DNA from: an uncultured Gammaproteobacteria bacterium | Lineage (GTDB): Bacteria > Patescibacteriota > Microgenomatia > Levybacterales > GWA1-39-11 | Direction of reading: 5' to 3' | Assembly (NCBI GenBank): GCA_964394645.1 | Contig: CAYMYC010000001.1 | Location: 117,299 to 181,298 of the forward strand | DNA: 64,000 bases | In this document: one piece after another, positions 10,843 through 21,097 of the stretch | Layout of the letters: every line of letters starts with the position of its first letter | Numbering within the stretch: position 1 is the first letter of the stretch | Made by a program: the position numbers and the translations under genes | The notes under the pieces: model-generated | Database searches by the model: none | What the model saw: the letters and a program-made list of their open reading frames with translations, nothing else | Told to the model about the DNA's origin: nothing

Positions 10843-13002
10843 ATGGCTGATCCATTAACAAAAGACCGCAACGTACCATTGGATAAAATTCGCAATATTG
10901 GGATTATTGCGCACATTGATGCAGGTAAAACTACAACTTCTGAGCGAATACTCTATTACACTGGAAAATCATACAAAATTGGAGATATTGATGATGGAAA
11001 TACTGTTATGGACTGGATGGATCAGGAGCGTGAACGGGGTATAACCATTGTGTCGGCTGCAACTACTACTTTTTGGACAAAAACAGAAGATCGCGCAAAA
11101 GGAATTGATAATCCATACAGAATTAACCTTATTGATACTCCAGGGCATGTAGATTTTACAGCCGAAGTAGAGCGTTCATTGCGCGTTTTGGATGGGGCAG
11201 TTACAGTGCTTGATGCAGAAGAAGGAGTGCAATCACAATCAGAAACAGTATGGCGTCAAGCTGATAAATATCATGTGCCACGCATTTGTTTCATAAATAA
11301 AATGGATAAATTAGGTGCAGATTTCTTAAAAACAGTTGCATCTATTGAAAAAAGATTAGGTGCAAATCCATGTATTATGGTTTTGCCTATTGGTGCTGAG
11401 AATGAATTTACTGGTGTTGTTGATCTCTTAAACATGAAATCCCTTGTGTGGTCAGGCGAAGAACTAGGTGCTAAATACGAAACTACTGATGAAATTCCAG
11501 AGAACATGAAAGCGCAAGTTGATGAATATAGGCTAAAAATGATTGAAAAGATTGCAGAAAATGACGATGAGTTGATGGAAAAATATTTGGAAGGAAAAGA
11601 GATTACTATTCCAGAATTAATGGCAGGGCTTAGACGTGCTGTAGTGGGATACAAATTGGTCCCAATTTATGCGGGATCATCATTAAGAAATAAAGGTGTT
11701 CAGCCCTTGCTTGATGCTGTTGTGGATTATCTTCCATCCCCTATGGATTTAAAGATGGTAAAAGGAATTAATCCTAAGAGTGGAGAGGAAGAAATTCGTG
11801 AATTAACTCCTGAAGCTCCATTTACTGGTTTTGCTTTTAAGGTTCAGATTGATTCACATGTAGGAAAAATTACATTTGTCCGTATTTATTCTGGGAAGTT
11901 AGTTTCTGGATCTTATGCATACAATTCCAGTAAAGACGTTCGCGAAAGGGTTGGAAGACTTCTTCTCATGCATTCAAATCAGCGTGAAGAAATAAAAGAG
12001 GCATATGCGGGAGAAATTGTAGCAGTTGTAGGACTTAAAGATACGATTACTGGTGAAACGCTTTGTGATGAAGCAAGGCCAATTATACTTGAGAAGATTT
12101 CATTTCCAGAACCAGTCATCTCTTTGGCTATTGAGCCCAAAACCAAGTCAGATCAAGAAAAAATGGGTCAAGCATTAAAAAGACTAATGGAGGAAGACCC
12201 TACTTTTACAGTAAAAATGAATCACGAAACTGGACAGACCATTATGTCTGGGGTTGGAGAGTTGCAGCTGGAAATTATGGTTGACCGTATGAAGCGCGAA
12301 TTTAATGTTGAGGCAAATGTCGGAGCACCTCAGGTTGCTTATAAGGAAACATTTGGACCTGGTGAAATTAAAGGGGAAGGAAAATATATCCGCCAAACAG
12401 GAGGAAAAGGACAATATGGACATTGTTTGATTCGCGTTGAGGGAAAGCCAAGAGGTGAAGGATACGAATTTGTAAATGCAATTAAGGGTGGAGCAATTCC
12501 TGCAGAATTCTGTACCTCAATAGAAAAAGGTATTAAAGAAACTCTTGAAAACGGGCTTTTACTTGGATATCCGGTTGTTGATTTAAAAGTTACATTGTAT
12601 GACGGGTCTTTTCATGAAGTCGACTCATCAGATATGGCATTTAAAATTGCTGGATCTATGGCGCTTCAGGATGCAGCGAAAAAAGGTCAGTTATCGCTTT
12701 TGGAGCCGATTATGAAAATAGAGGTAACCACCCCTGAAGAGTTTATGGGAGATGTGATAGGTGATCTTTCATCAAAGCGTGCACAGATTACGGGAACCGA
12801 AGAGCGCGGGAATGCGCGTATTATTCACGGAGAGGTTCCACTGGAAGAGCTTTCAGGATATGCTACTACAATTCGTTCTATGTCTCAGGGGCGTGCAACA
12901 TATTATATGGAGCCATCTCACTACCAAGAAGTTCCTCGAAACATTGTTGACGCAATGTTGGCAAAAACCACATTTACAGGACGTGTCTCCGCACAGTCAT
13001 AA
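10843..13002 (+). CDS. fusA: Elongation factor G
   Basis: 719 aa; GTPase G1 AHIDAGKTT, DTPGHVDF; EF-G domains IV and V. Confidence 0.95.
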   Translation: MADPLTKDRNVPLDKIRNIGIIAHIDAGKTTTSERILYYTGKSYKIGDIDDGNTVMDWMDQERERGITIVSAATTTFWTKTEDRAKGIDNPYRINLIDTPGHVDFTAEVERSLRVLDGAVTVLDAEEGVQSQSETVWRQADKYHVPRICFINKMDKLGADFLKTVASIEKRLGANPCIMVLPIGAENEFTGVVDLLNMKSLVWSGEELGAKYETTDEIPENMKAQVDEYRLKMIEKIAENDDELMEKYLEGKEITIPELMAGLRRAVVGYKLVPIYAGSSLRNKGVQPLLDAVVDYLPSPMDLKMVKGINPKSGEEEIRELTPEAPFTGFAFKVQIDSHVGKITFVRIYSGKLVSGSYAYNSSKDVRERVGRLLLMHSNQREEIKEAYAGEIVAVVGLKDTITGETLCDEARPIILEKISFPEPVISLAIEPKTKSDQEKMGQALKRLMEEDPTFTVKMNHETGQTIMSGVGELQLEIMVDRMKREFNVEANVGAPQVAYKETFGPGEIKGEGKYIRQTGGKGQYGHCLIRVEGKPRGEGYEFVNAIKGGAIPAEFCTSIEKGIKETLENGLLLGYPVVDLKVTLYDGSFHEVDSSDMAFKIAGSMALQDAAKKGQLSLLEPIMKIEVTTPEEFMGDVIGDLSSKRAQITGTEERGNARIIHGEVPLEELSGYATTIRSMSQGRATYYMEPSHYQEVPRNIVDAMLAKTTFTGRVSAQS

Positions 13003-13049
13003 ACTTCTTGAAAACTCAAGGATATAGTGATAATATTATTCAATAAATT

Positions 13050-13496
13050 ATGGTCGATATCTCAAGTATTCCCCAATTTGATAAATCTCAATTTAATAAT
13101 GACGGCTATGTAAAACGAATTGAAAAACCATGGGGTTATGAAATTCACTGGGTTCCGGAAGACGCGCCATATATGGGAAAAGTGCTACATATTAATGCGG
13201 GTGCACGACTTTCACTGCAAGTTCATGATGCAAAACAGGAAAGCTGGTTTATTACAAATGGTGAAGCAAAAGTCATGTGGGATAATAGCGATGGAGAACT
13301 TATTGAGACAACACTTATTTCCGGGCAGGGATTTAGCACGCAAATTGGACAAAGGCACAGGCTTATTGGCGTAACAGACTGTGATATTTTGGAAGTTTCA
13401 ACACCTGAAAAAGGAATAACTTGGAGACTTGAGGATGATTACGCCAGACCTCACGAAACAGAAGAGCAGAGAAAGAAAGAAAGAGGAGAAGAATAG
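13050..13496 (+). CDS. Cupin-domain protein (type II mannose-6-phosphate isomerase C-terminal-like)
   Basis: 148 aa; cupin beta-barrel His motif (LSLQVHDAKQESWFITNGEAKV); immediately upstream of the SIS-domain PGI/PMI gene. Confidence 0.55.
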   Translation: MVDISSIPQFDKSQFNNDGYVKRIEKPWGYEIHWVPEDAPYMGKVLHINAGARLSLQVHDAKQESWFITNGEAKVMWDNSDGELIETTLISGQGFSTQIGQRHRLIGVTDCDILEVSTPEKGITWRLEDDYARPHETEEQRKKERGEE

Positions 13497-13505
13497 AAAT
13501 TATTT

Positions 13506-14549
13506 ATGATAGACTTTACAAACATAGACGAAGTAAAAAGACTTGATCCTCAGGATACCTTGCGTTCTACACAATTACTTCCCGAGCAGTTGGAAGCTGC
13601 ATGGGATGAGGTAAGGCAAATTCAAATTCCTCAGGGATATAATAATGTTTCAAACATTATTTTTTGTGGTATGGGGGCATCCATATATGGAGCTTTAGTT
13701 GTGAAGGCACTCTTTGGTTCTGATTTCTCGTATCCTGTAGAAATGATATCAGATTATCATCTCCCAAAATATGTGAATAGTAATTCACTCGTAGTTTTAA
13801 CAAGCTATTCAGGTACGACTGAGGAGGTTTTGTCTTGCGCACAAGAAGCACATGAAAAAGGGGCAAAAATGTTGATACTCACAAAAGGTGGTCAATTGGC
13901 AGAGTTTGCGAAACAAAAAAAAGTACCTTCGTATATATTTAATGGAGCGTTAAACCCTGCGGGTGTTCCTAGGCTTGGTAATGGGTACACAATAATTGGA
14001 CTTATGGGTCTTTTACATAATGCAGGGATAATTAAACTAGACGAAGGCTTATTGAAGGGGGGAATTGAACATATTAGAAAAAACAAAGACGCTATTATTG
14101 AGCGAGCCATGCATGATGCGCATAGTATGGTAGGTAAAATTCCGGTTATATTTGCAGCAGAGCATTTATCAGGAAATGCTCAGATTTTAAGAAACCAATT
14201 TAATGAAACAAGTAAAACTTTTTCTGCTTATTATCTAATTCCTGATTTAAATCACCATCTCATGGAGGGTCTACAGTTTCCATCCCCTAGTAATTTAAAG
14301 TTTATGATATTTGATTCTCATGTATATTCTCCAAAAATTCAAAAAAGAGTTGAGCTAACTTTAGATGTTGTTCGTCAAAATAATCATACAATACTTGAAT
14401 ATATTACTCGTGGAACTGACAAGTATCAGGATTTTCTTGAGGTATTGTCACTTGGTTCATATACTACTTTATATTTGGGGCTTTTATATGAGCAAAATCC
14501 GGCAATAAATCCTTGGGTCGACTACTTTAAGGAAAAATTAACAGAGTAG
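13506..14549 (+). CDS. Bifunctional phosphoglucose/phosphomannose isomerase (SIS domain)
   Basis: 347 aa; SIS motif CGMGASIYGA; archaeal-type PGI/PMI architecture. Confidence 0.7.
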   Translation: MIDFTNIDEVKRLDPQDTLRSTQLLPEQLEAAWDEVRQIQIPQGYNNVSNIIFCGMGASIYGALVVKALFGSDFSYPVEMISDYHLPKYVNSNSLVVLTSYSGTTEEVLSCAQEAHEKGAKMLILTKGGQLAEFAKQKKVPSYIFNGALNPAGVPRLGNGYTIIGLMGLLHNAGIIKLDEGLLKGGIEHIRKNKDAIIERAMHDAHSMVGKIPVIFAAEHLSGNAQILRNQFNETSKTFSAYYLIPDLNHHLMEGLQFPSPSNLKFMIFDSHVYSPKIQKRVELTLDVVRQNNHTILEYITRGTDKYQDFLEVLSLGSYTTLYLGLLYEQNPAINPWVDYFKEKLTE

Positions 14550-14553
14550 ACAT

Positions 14554-14871
14554 ATGAGGTTCTCTCCTACCCTTTTTTTGATTCTACAATTTTTTATTAT
14601 TTTCCCTTCAATACTTTTTGTTTTAGGTATATTTTTTACATTTTTTGTAAATGATGTTGTGTTGTATAGCCTTGTAATTTCAAAAAGCACAGTACAGAAT
14701 ATAGGTGTTTTGATTATTTCTCCTTTGGCTTCTGGATTTGTTGCCTACCATTATCTAGAGTATTATCGACCGCAGGGGTTCGTAGGATTAGTATCAAAAT
14801 GTTTGTTAGGATACGCAATAATAGTTTTGGGTATTACCTTCATTTTCCACTTTTTGAATTTTTTCTTCTAG
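14554..14871 (+). CDS. Small hydrophobic membrane protein (hypothetical)
   Basis: 105 aa with 3 predicted TM helices; no family assignment. Confidence 0.35.
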   Translation: MRFSPTLFLILQFFIIFPSILFVLGIFFTFFVNDVVLYSLVISKSTVQNIGVLIISPLASGFVAYHYLEYYRPQGFVGLVSKCLLGYAIIVLGITFIFHFLNFFF

Positions 14872-14912
14872 CATTTCTTGATTAACACATACTAATCACA
14901 TACAATATCGAC

Positions 14913-15881
14913 ATGATAGTTATTAGGGATGCGCGAATGAAAGATTATTTGTGGTATAAAATTGGTGGAAATGCGCGTTATCTCCTGCAATGCTTTTCTG
15001 AAGAAGATATAATTGAAGCTTTTGAGTTTATAAAAAAAGAAAAAATTGATAACTATTTTGTAGTAGGTATGGGTTCAAACCTTCTCTTTACTGACGGGTA
15101 CTTTGACGGAGCGGTTATACAAATAGTTATAGATACACCCGGTGCGGAAATTACACTTTTAGATAAAGAAACAATACGAGCATTTTCTGGAGTGGAACTT
15201 GACTCTGTAATTCAATTTGCTTTTGAGAACAACTTATTGGGAATGGAATGGGCAGGTGGATTACCAGGTACGGTTGGAGCAGCAGTTAGGGGGAATGTTG
15301 GTGCATTTGGTGGTGAAATGAAAGATTGCTTTAAGGCAGGGCGTGTTCTTGTTTATGAGAACGGAAAATACACAGTTTCAGATTTAAATAAACGGGATAT
15401 AAAATTTGCATATAGGACAAGCACAATAAAAAAACAAAAAAACATGATTGTGCTTTCTGCCACATTTAAGCTTAAAAGAGTTGATGATAAAAAGTTAGGG
15501 TGGGGAAAACAAACATACTTTGCAAATATAGAGTATCGGAAGAACAAACACCCGATGGATTTTCCCTCAACAGGATCTGCGTTTAAAAACATAAATAGTC
15601 CAGAGAACATAAAAAAAATATTAAATGTTTTTCCTGACATTGAATCTGATGTGAGAATTAAGTGGCATGGGAAAGTGAGTATGGGATATCTAAATAAACG
15701 TCTTGACCTCTCTGGCTTACAAGTCGGTCAAGCACATATCTCAAATAAACATAGTAATTTTATAGTAAATTTAGGAGGTGCGACTGCGTTAGATGTTTTG
15801 TCAATAATAAAAAAAGTAAAGGAAAGATTTCAGGAAACATTTGGATTTATCCCTGAGCCTGAGGTAGAAATAGTGCAGTAA
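14913..15881 (+). CDS. murB: UDP-N-acetylenolpyruvoylglucosamine reductase
   Basis: FAD-binding PCMH-type N-domain (YKIGGNARYL, VGMGSNLLF) and MurB C-terminal domain. Confidence 0.75.
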   Translation: MIVIRDARMKDYLWYKIGGNARYLLQCFSEEDIIEAFEFIKKEKIDNYFVVGMGSNLLFTDGYFDGAVIQIVIDTPGAEITLLDKETIRAFSGVELDSVIQFAFENNLLGMEWAGGLPGTVGAAVRGNVGAFGGEMKDCFKAGRVLVYENGKYTVSDLNKRDIKFAYRTSTIKKQKNMIVLSATFKLKRVDDKKLGWGKQTYFANIEYRKNKHPMDFPSTGSAFKNINSPENIKKILNVFPDIESDVRIKWHGKVSMGYLNKRLDLSGLQVGQAHISNKHSNFIVNLGGATALDVLSIIKKVKERFQETFGFIPEPEVEIVQ

Positions 15882-15883
15882 TT

Positions 15884-16687
15884 ATGAAAAATAAACACAA
15901 ACTAATTATTTCAGATTATGATGGAACACTTGCAGGTAAGGATCACAAAATTTCTCAAGCAACCTCATCTGCAATTAAAAAATGGGTAGCATCAGGAAGA
16001 AATTTTACAATTGCAACAGGACGTCAATTTCTCATGATAAAACATGAAGCAAGAGAATTAGGTCTTACGACTCCTCAGATAACAAGGGGAGGTGCGGAAA
16101 TTATAGATCCCTTAACAGAGAAAGTGATATATTCTGAGCTTATTGATCAGCCAACCGTTGAAGACTTCACTTCATTTATGAAGAAAAACGGATACGGATT
16201 CATAGTTGAACAAAACGGTATATTGTATTCAACGTATCCTACGAGTTATGGATATCCTGAAATTCAAGAACTACCATTTGATGATTTTGTGATGTCGTCA
16301 GCCCCTAAGATACTTGTTTCATTGAGGGGGAAAGATATTAACGAGAGTGAAAAGTTTTTGGAAGATGTGGTTACGAAAAAGTATCCGCAGCTTCATATAG
16401 CAAAAAGCTACAATCCAATAGAAAAAGTTTGGGATGTAACTTCATTATCTGCCACAAAGCATCTGGCTGTTCTTGAGTTGTTAAAATTACTAGATGTACC
16501 CAGGGAAGAAGCTGTGGGAGTGGGAGACGGATATAATGATTTTCCCTTGCTTGAAGCATGCGGTTTAAAAGTTGCAATGGGAAATGCTGTGGAGGAATTA
16601 AAAGCTATTGCAGATTTTGTAGTCCCTACACAGAAAGAGGAAGGGGTCGTATTTCTTATTGAAAAACTACTAAGAGAAGAGGTTTAA
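15884..16687 (+). CDS. HAD-IIB (Cof-type) phosphatase
   Basis: DxDGT motif (ISDYDGTL) and C-terminal GDGxND motif (GVGDGYNDFPLL). Confidence 0.75.
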   Translation: MKNKHKLIISDYDGTLAGKDHKISQATSSAIKKWVASGRNFTIATGRQFLMIKHEARELGLTTPQITRGGAEIIDPLTEKVIYSELIDQPTVEDFTSFMKKNGYGFIVEQNGILYSTYPTSYGYPEIQELPFDDFVMSSAPKILVSLRGKDINESEKFLEDVVTKKYPQLHIAKSYNPIEKVWDVTSLSATKHLAVLELLKLLDVPREEAVGVGDGYNDFPLLEACGLKVAMGNAVEELKAIADFVVPTQKEEGVVFLIEKLLREEV

Positions 16688-16868
16688 AATCAGGCATATA
16701 AAAAATTATTTTTTTATAGAAAATGGTTTTCAAAAGATATAAGGCTATAAAGTAAATTTACGCTTAGTTTATTATATCTCGCAAACATTTTTGGTCTTGA
16801 AATGGATTTGGATTTTTTTTTGACTGAGAAGTATAAGTTACGATCAGTCATTGTGATACAATGTTTGC

Positions 16869-17933
16869 GTGCGAAAGATATTTTTACTTCTTGTTGTATT
16901 TTCCTGTTTTCTTGCTTTATTCCTATATCATAAATCAACACTTCAAAATCAAACAGCTCAGCCAATTAAGGAGAGGAAAGTTGCAAAGATAGAAAAAAAG
17001 ACTTCTCCAAACGAGGAATACTTATTTGTTCCCTACTGGACTATTAATGAAAATATTTCAGCAAGCGGGATGACTTTAGTATATTTTGGGGTCATGGGAG
17101 GGGAAAATGGGGTTGAACAGGATGAGGATGGATATAGAAATTTATCTGCGTTTGAGAAGAACAAAAATAAAAAAAACAGTTTATTGGTTTTAAGGATGCT
17201 AAATACTGATACTAATTTAGATATATTAAAAGATAAAAAACTGCAGGAGCGAATTATTGATGAGACAATAATTCTTGCAAAGAAACACCATTTTTCAGGG
17301 ATTATGTTAGACTTTGAAACGCAGGGCTTGCCTTTTAAGGCGTTACTGGAGAGTATCACCTCTATGCATACATTATTTTCAAAGAAAGTCCTTCTGTCAG
17401 ATCTATCATTTGGCACATTACTATTTGGAGACACTTTTTATAGAGTACGCCCATATGATGTAGAAAAGATTGCAAAAGTGGTAGATCGTGTATATATAAT
17501 GGCGTATGACTTTAGTAAGGCAAAAGGTGATCCTGGTCCAAATTTCCCATTAAATGGGGAAGGTAAGTATGGGTATGATTTTAAGATAATGGTTCACGAC
17601 TTTTTAGATGTCATACCTAAACACAAGTTGACTATTATTTTCGGTATGTTTGGGTACGACTGGAAAATTGATGAGAAAGGAAGAGGTCGTGAACAGGCAA
17701 TTTCAAAAAGTACAATTGCATTTGAAAAATTTATGTCAACCTGCGCATATAAGAATACATGTGTTACGAAAGTGGATAACCAATCGGCAGAAACCAACAT
17801 CACATATACCTCTGAGAATAAGGAGAATCATGTGATTTGGTTTGAGAGTTTTGAATCTGTTGTAAGAAAAAAAGCATTTCTTACTGAATTGGATTTGCGA
17901 TCAGTTGGCTACTGGGCGTACTCATATTATTAG
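16869..17933 (+). CDS. Secreted glycoside hydrolase family 18-like protein (GTG start)
   Basis: N-terminal signal/TM; GH18-like catalytic strand GIMLDFE (DxxDxDxE-like); 354 aa. Confidence 0.5.
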   Translation: MRKIFLLLVVFSCFLALFLYHKSTLQNQTAQPIKERKVAKIEKKTSPNEEYLFVPYWTINENISASGMTLVYFGVMGGENGVEQDEDGYRNLSAFEKNKNKKNSLLVLRMLNTDTNLDILKDKKLQERIIDETIILAKKHHFSGIMLDFETQGLPFKALLESITSMHTLFSKKVLLSDLSFGTLLFGDTFYRVRPYDVEKIAKVVDRVYIMAYDFSKAKGDPGPNFPLNGEGKYGYDFKIMVHDFLDVIPKHKLTIIFGMFGYDWKIDEKGRGREQAISKSTIAFEKFMSTCAYKNTCVTKVDNQSAETNITYTSENKENHVIWFESFESVVRKKAFLTELDLRSVGYWAYSYY

Positions 17934-18504
17934 ATTCCTCTTTGCAGTAAATTGTTAGAGGTGTGGTTTTAACCAAAAGAGAAGAGGGAGTTTTCTGAGA
18001 CCCAAGAGAACTTTTATTTAAAAAATGTATGGTATAAGTTCCGGCGGAAAGTGGTGAGATTATAGTAAAAGTCAGTAATGCAACCTTGTTGTTTCCTTTT
18101 TTTTCTGTGCTTTGGTTCTTAAGTTCCAGGGCAAGCGATGCTCTTCCATACTGTTCACGCGTTTCCTCAAGTAGGATAGAATAGTCAGTACTTTCTCCGA
18201 AGAAATTTGGAGAAGTTGGGGTAAGTCTTACGCTATGAATTATCTCAGGATCATACGATAATTCAATTTGTGCGCTATTTAGGTAATTGTTTTTAGAAGA
18301 TAGGTAAATAGGAACTTCATAAGAAGAGCTTAAGCATGAGGATGTGATAATGCTTGGTTTAAAGTAAAGCGTAGAAGATGGTGGAGTGGATTCAGGCTCT
18401 TTTTTTTGTTGAGACAGGTTAAAGGGTGATATGTATGACAATAAAAGAAAGATAATTATAAAAACAAAAATAGTTACACCTAAAACAACGAAATATTTAC
18501 TCAT
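17881..18504 (-). CDS. Membrane-anchored cohesin-like beta-sandwich protein (hypothetical)
   Basis: N-terminal TM helix; beta-rich domain with ELSYDP motif reminiscent of cohesin modules; sits 3' of the dockerin-bearing S8 protease on the same strand. Confidence 0.4.
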   Translation of the reverse strand: MSKYFVVLGVTIFVFIIIFLLLSYISPFNLSQQKKEPESTPPSSTLYFKPSIITSSCLSSSYEVPIYLSSKNNYLNSAQIELSYDPEIIHSVRLTPTSPNFFGESTDYSILLEETREQYGRASLALELKNQSTEKKGNNKVALLTFTIISPLSAGTYTIHFLNKSSLGSQKTPSSLLVKTTPLTIYCKEESNNMSTPSSQLIANPIQ

Positions 18505-18507
18505 GAG

Positions 18508-20886
18508 TTAATCTCCGCCTCTTTCTCTCAGTTGTCTTAAGAAAATATTTAGATCTTTTTCATCTACGATTCCGTCATCATCAAAATCCGCTGTTGTGTT
18601 ATTGCAGTTATTGTTTATTATGCAATTAACTATGATGTTATAATCCAAAATATCAAGTATTCCATCTTGTGTTAAATCTCCAACAGTTAGTGTAGTTGTA
18701 GGAAGAGTTATATTATTGGTGCTATCTTTTATAGTATAAAAACCAGGGATAGCCTTTTTAAGGGTAGGAGACCCATCAGCAAAATTCACTTTTATTTGAT
18801 ATGTGCCTGCCGGAACACTTAAAAGTGGCGCTTCTGCTGAAAACACACCGTTTGCATAGGTTAGAGGAGTTGTTGTCAATGAAACAACTTCTCCTTTATT
18901 GTTAATAAACTCAATACTAGCAACTCTGGATTTAGAAATAGGGTTTGTATTTCCTCCTACGCCTATCCCAGGTTGAACCAAGGTTACTTTCATTGTGCCT
19001 TTGGATGAGGATAATGTGGGTGTAGGATTTGATGGAGAAGGAGAAGGAGAAGGAGTGCTTGCAATAGGAGTGGTATTAGGTACAGTTGGAGTAGGATTTT
19101 GTGGTTGATCTGTTGGTGTTGGATTCTGATTGTCAGGTGCCAGAGAGTTTATTGCGCGTGCTAAATTTAACCTTGGACCAATAGGTAGATCAGTTGAGAC
19201 AGTGTCTGCGTTTGAAACTAATATATTTTTTATTTCGTCTGGGGATAGATTTGGTTTGATAGATAGGAGAAGTCCTGCAGCTCCTGCGACATGAGGAGCT
19301 GCCATAGAGGTTCCGTTCTCGTTTGCGTAAACCGCTTGTCCACCTTGAGAGTATGTTGATATAATATCAACACCTGGAGCAGATAGGGTAACAACTGATC
19401 CATAATTCGAGAAACTCGCTCGGTTATCGTTCTGATCTGTTGCTCCTACTGTTATAACACCATTGCAATTTGCAGGAGCAAACGAAGATGCATTTTGACT
19501 ATTGTTTCCTGCGGCGACTATTACAGCTGCGCCTTTGCTTCGAGCATAATTTATTGCCTGTTGGTAATCAGCTGGGCACGGTCCTGGTCCTCCAAGGCTC
19601 ATATTTATTGCTTTGGCTCCATTATCAGCCGCATAAATGATACCTTGTGTAATTGTGGTATCATTTTCAGATCCGCATTTACCATTTGATAATGGTCCCA
19701 TGATTTTTATTGCTATCATTTTTATATTCCAGTTAATTCCTGCCACCCCTTTTCCATTATTTGTTAGGGCTCCAATAGTTCCTGCAACGTGCGTTCCATG
19801 TCCGCAGTCATCCATAGGATCGTTATTATTTGCGAAATAATTTGGTCCCTTTACGACATTTGTTGACAAATCGGGATGATTATAGTCAACCCCGGTATCA
19901 TTTACAGAGACAATTACGCTATCTGATCCTTTTGTTCTATCCCAAGTTGTAGGGGCTTGGATTTTTTGAAGACCCCACTCCTGCCCATAATAAGGATCAT
20001 TTGGTGTTTCAAATGGATAGATTTTTCTAACAGGACGGATATAAGAAACTTCTGGAAGAGTAGCATATTTTTCAAGCGTTTCGTTGACGTTTGTTGATCC
20101 ATCAGTTGTTACAATATAGGAGTTTTGTAATGAATCAGGAGCTTGGGATACGTTTTGTGAGATTAAGGGTTTTTCTGATTTTAGTCCAACATCATTGGCT
20201 ACGTTATATATTCTTAATAATTTTTCCTCAGGTGTATCTTCTCCTTGAGCCTGTAAACTAACATTTTCGGCAGCAACTCGAGCAGTCCCGAGTATTGTAT
20301 TTTGTGCAGATACTCTTCTGTTTACATCTGAAGAGAGATCGACAGGTGTCTGTCCTTCTTTATATTGAATAAGAAATTTGTTTGGAGTAATAGTTGAATC
20401 TTCAGAACTTATTCTTGATGTAAATCTAAAATAATTATAGTCAACGTTTTGGACTTCTGGAATTTCTTTTATTTTTTTAAGTGCCTCATTAAGATTAGTT
20501 CCTTTTTTCAACGTTACTATGCTTGTTGTCGTTCCCCAAGGAAAACTTGTTGATTCTGACTTTACAACTCCTGCTTTTTTAAGACCCGTATTAATCTCGA
20601 CAAGTTTATTTTCGTAATAAGAAATAGGTTTTTCTTTTCCAGTTAACACTTTTATCTGATATCTGATAAGACCAGGGAGCGCTTTTGTTAGCATTTTTCT
20701 TTGCGTAATTTCATTTGATAATTCTTTAGGGGAATTTTTGGCAATATAGGTGACAACAAGTTTATCTTGTGAGAATTGTGGAGTTGTAGGGTATGTTTCG
20801 GGGGGAGGCACCTGTATTATTTGCGAATTTGCAGACGATACGAAAAAAAACAAAAGAAAAATAGCTAGAAAAAGTTTTTTTAGCAT
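18508..20886 (-). CDS. Subtilisin-like serine protease (S8) with C-terminal dockerin-like module
   Basis: Signal peptide; catalytic triad motifs DTGVDYNHPDL, HGTHVAGTIGA, GTSMAAPHVAG; Pro/Thr-rich linker; C-terminal DFDDDGIVDEKD Ca-binding dockerin-like repeat. Confidence 0.85.
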   Translation of the reverse strand: MLKKLFLAIFLLFFFVSSANSQIIQVPPPETYPTTPQFSQDKLVVTYIAKNSPKELSNEITQRKMLTKALPGLIRYQIKVLTGKEKPISYYENKLVEINTGLKKAGVVKSESTSFPWGTTTSIVTLKKGTNLNEALKKIKEIPEVQNVDYNYFRFTSRISSEDSTITPNKFLIQYKEGQTPVDLSSDVNRRVSAQNTILGTARVAAENVSLQAQGEDTPEEKLLRIYNVANDVGLKSEKPLISQNVSQAPDSLQNSYIVTTDGSTNVNETLEKYATLPEVSYIRPVRKIYPFETPNDPYYGQEWGLQKIQAPTTWDRTKGSDSVIVSVNDTGVDYNHPDLSTNVVKGPNYFANNNDPMDDCGHGTHVAGTIGALTNNGKGVAGINWNIKMIAIKIMGPLSNGKCGSENDTTITQGIIYAADNGAKAINMSLGGPGPCPADYQQAINYARSKGAAVIVAAGNNSQNASSFAPANCNGVITVGATDQNDNRASFSNYGSVVTLSAPGVDIISTYSQGGQAVYANENGTSMAAPHVAGAAGLLLSIKPNLSPDEIKNILVSNADTVSTDLPIGPRLNLARAINSLAPDNQNPTPTDQPQNPTPTVPNTTPIASTPSPSPSPSNPTPTLSSSKGTMKVTLVQPGIGVGGNTNPISKSRVASIEFINNKGEVVSLTTTPLTYANGVFSAEAPLLSVPAGTYQIKVNFADGSPTLKKAIPGFYTIKDSTNNITLPTTTLTVGDLTQDGILDILDYNIIVNCIINNNCNNTTADFDDDGIVDEKDLNIFLRQLRERGGD

Positions 20887-20944
20887 AGCTACACTATATT
20901 ATGAATTGCAGGTTCATATCAAGTAGATTTTTGTTAATTTACCC

Positions 20945-20973
20945 CTTGACGAGTTTTGAAAGATGTAGTATTA
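20945..20973 (+). promoter_or_regulatory. Putative sigma70-like promoter upstream of tuf
   Basis: TTGACG, 17-nt spacer, TATTAT; followed at 20984-21010 by the CACCTT-taaa-AAGGTG hairpin plus T-run (leader attenuator-like). Confidence 0.35.
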
Positions 20974-21097
20974 TTCTTTCTACACCTTTAAAAAGGTGTT
21001 TATTTTTTCTCAGGAATAATATATGTTCTCTCTTGAGTATCTGAGTGTCAACATATTTTTTAAAAAACTGATTAGAATAGAAAGGAATATTTAAAAA

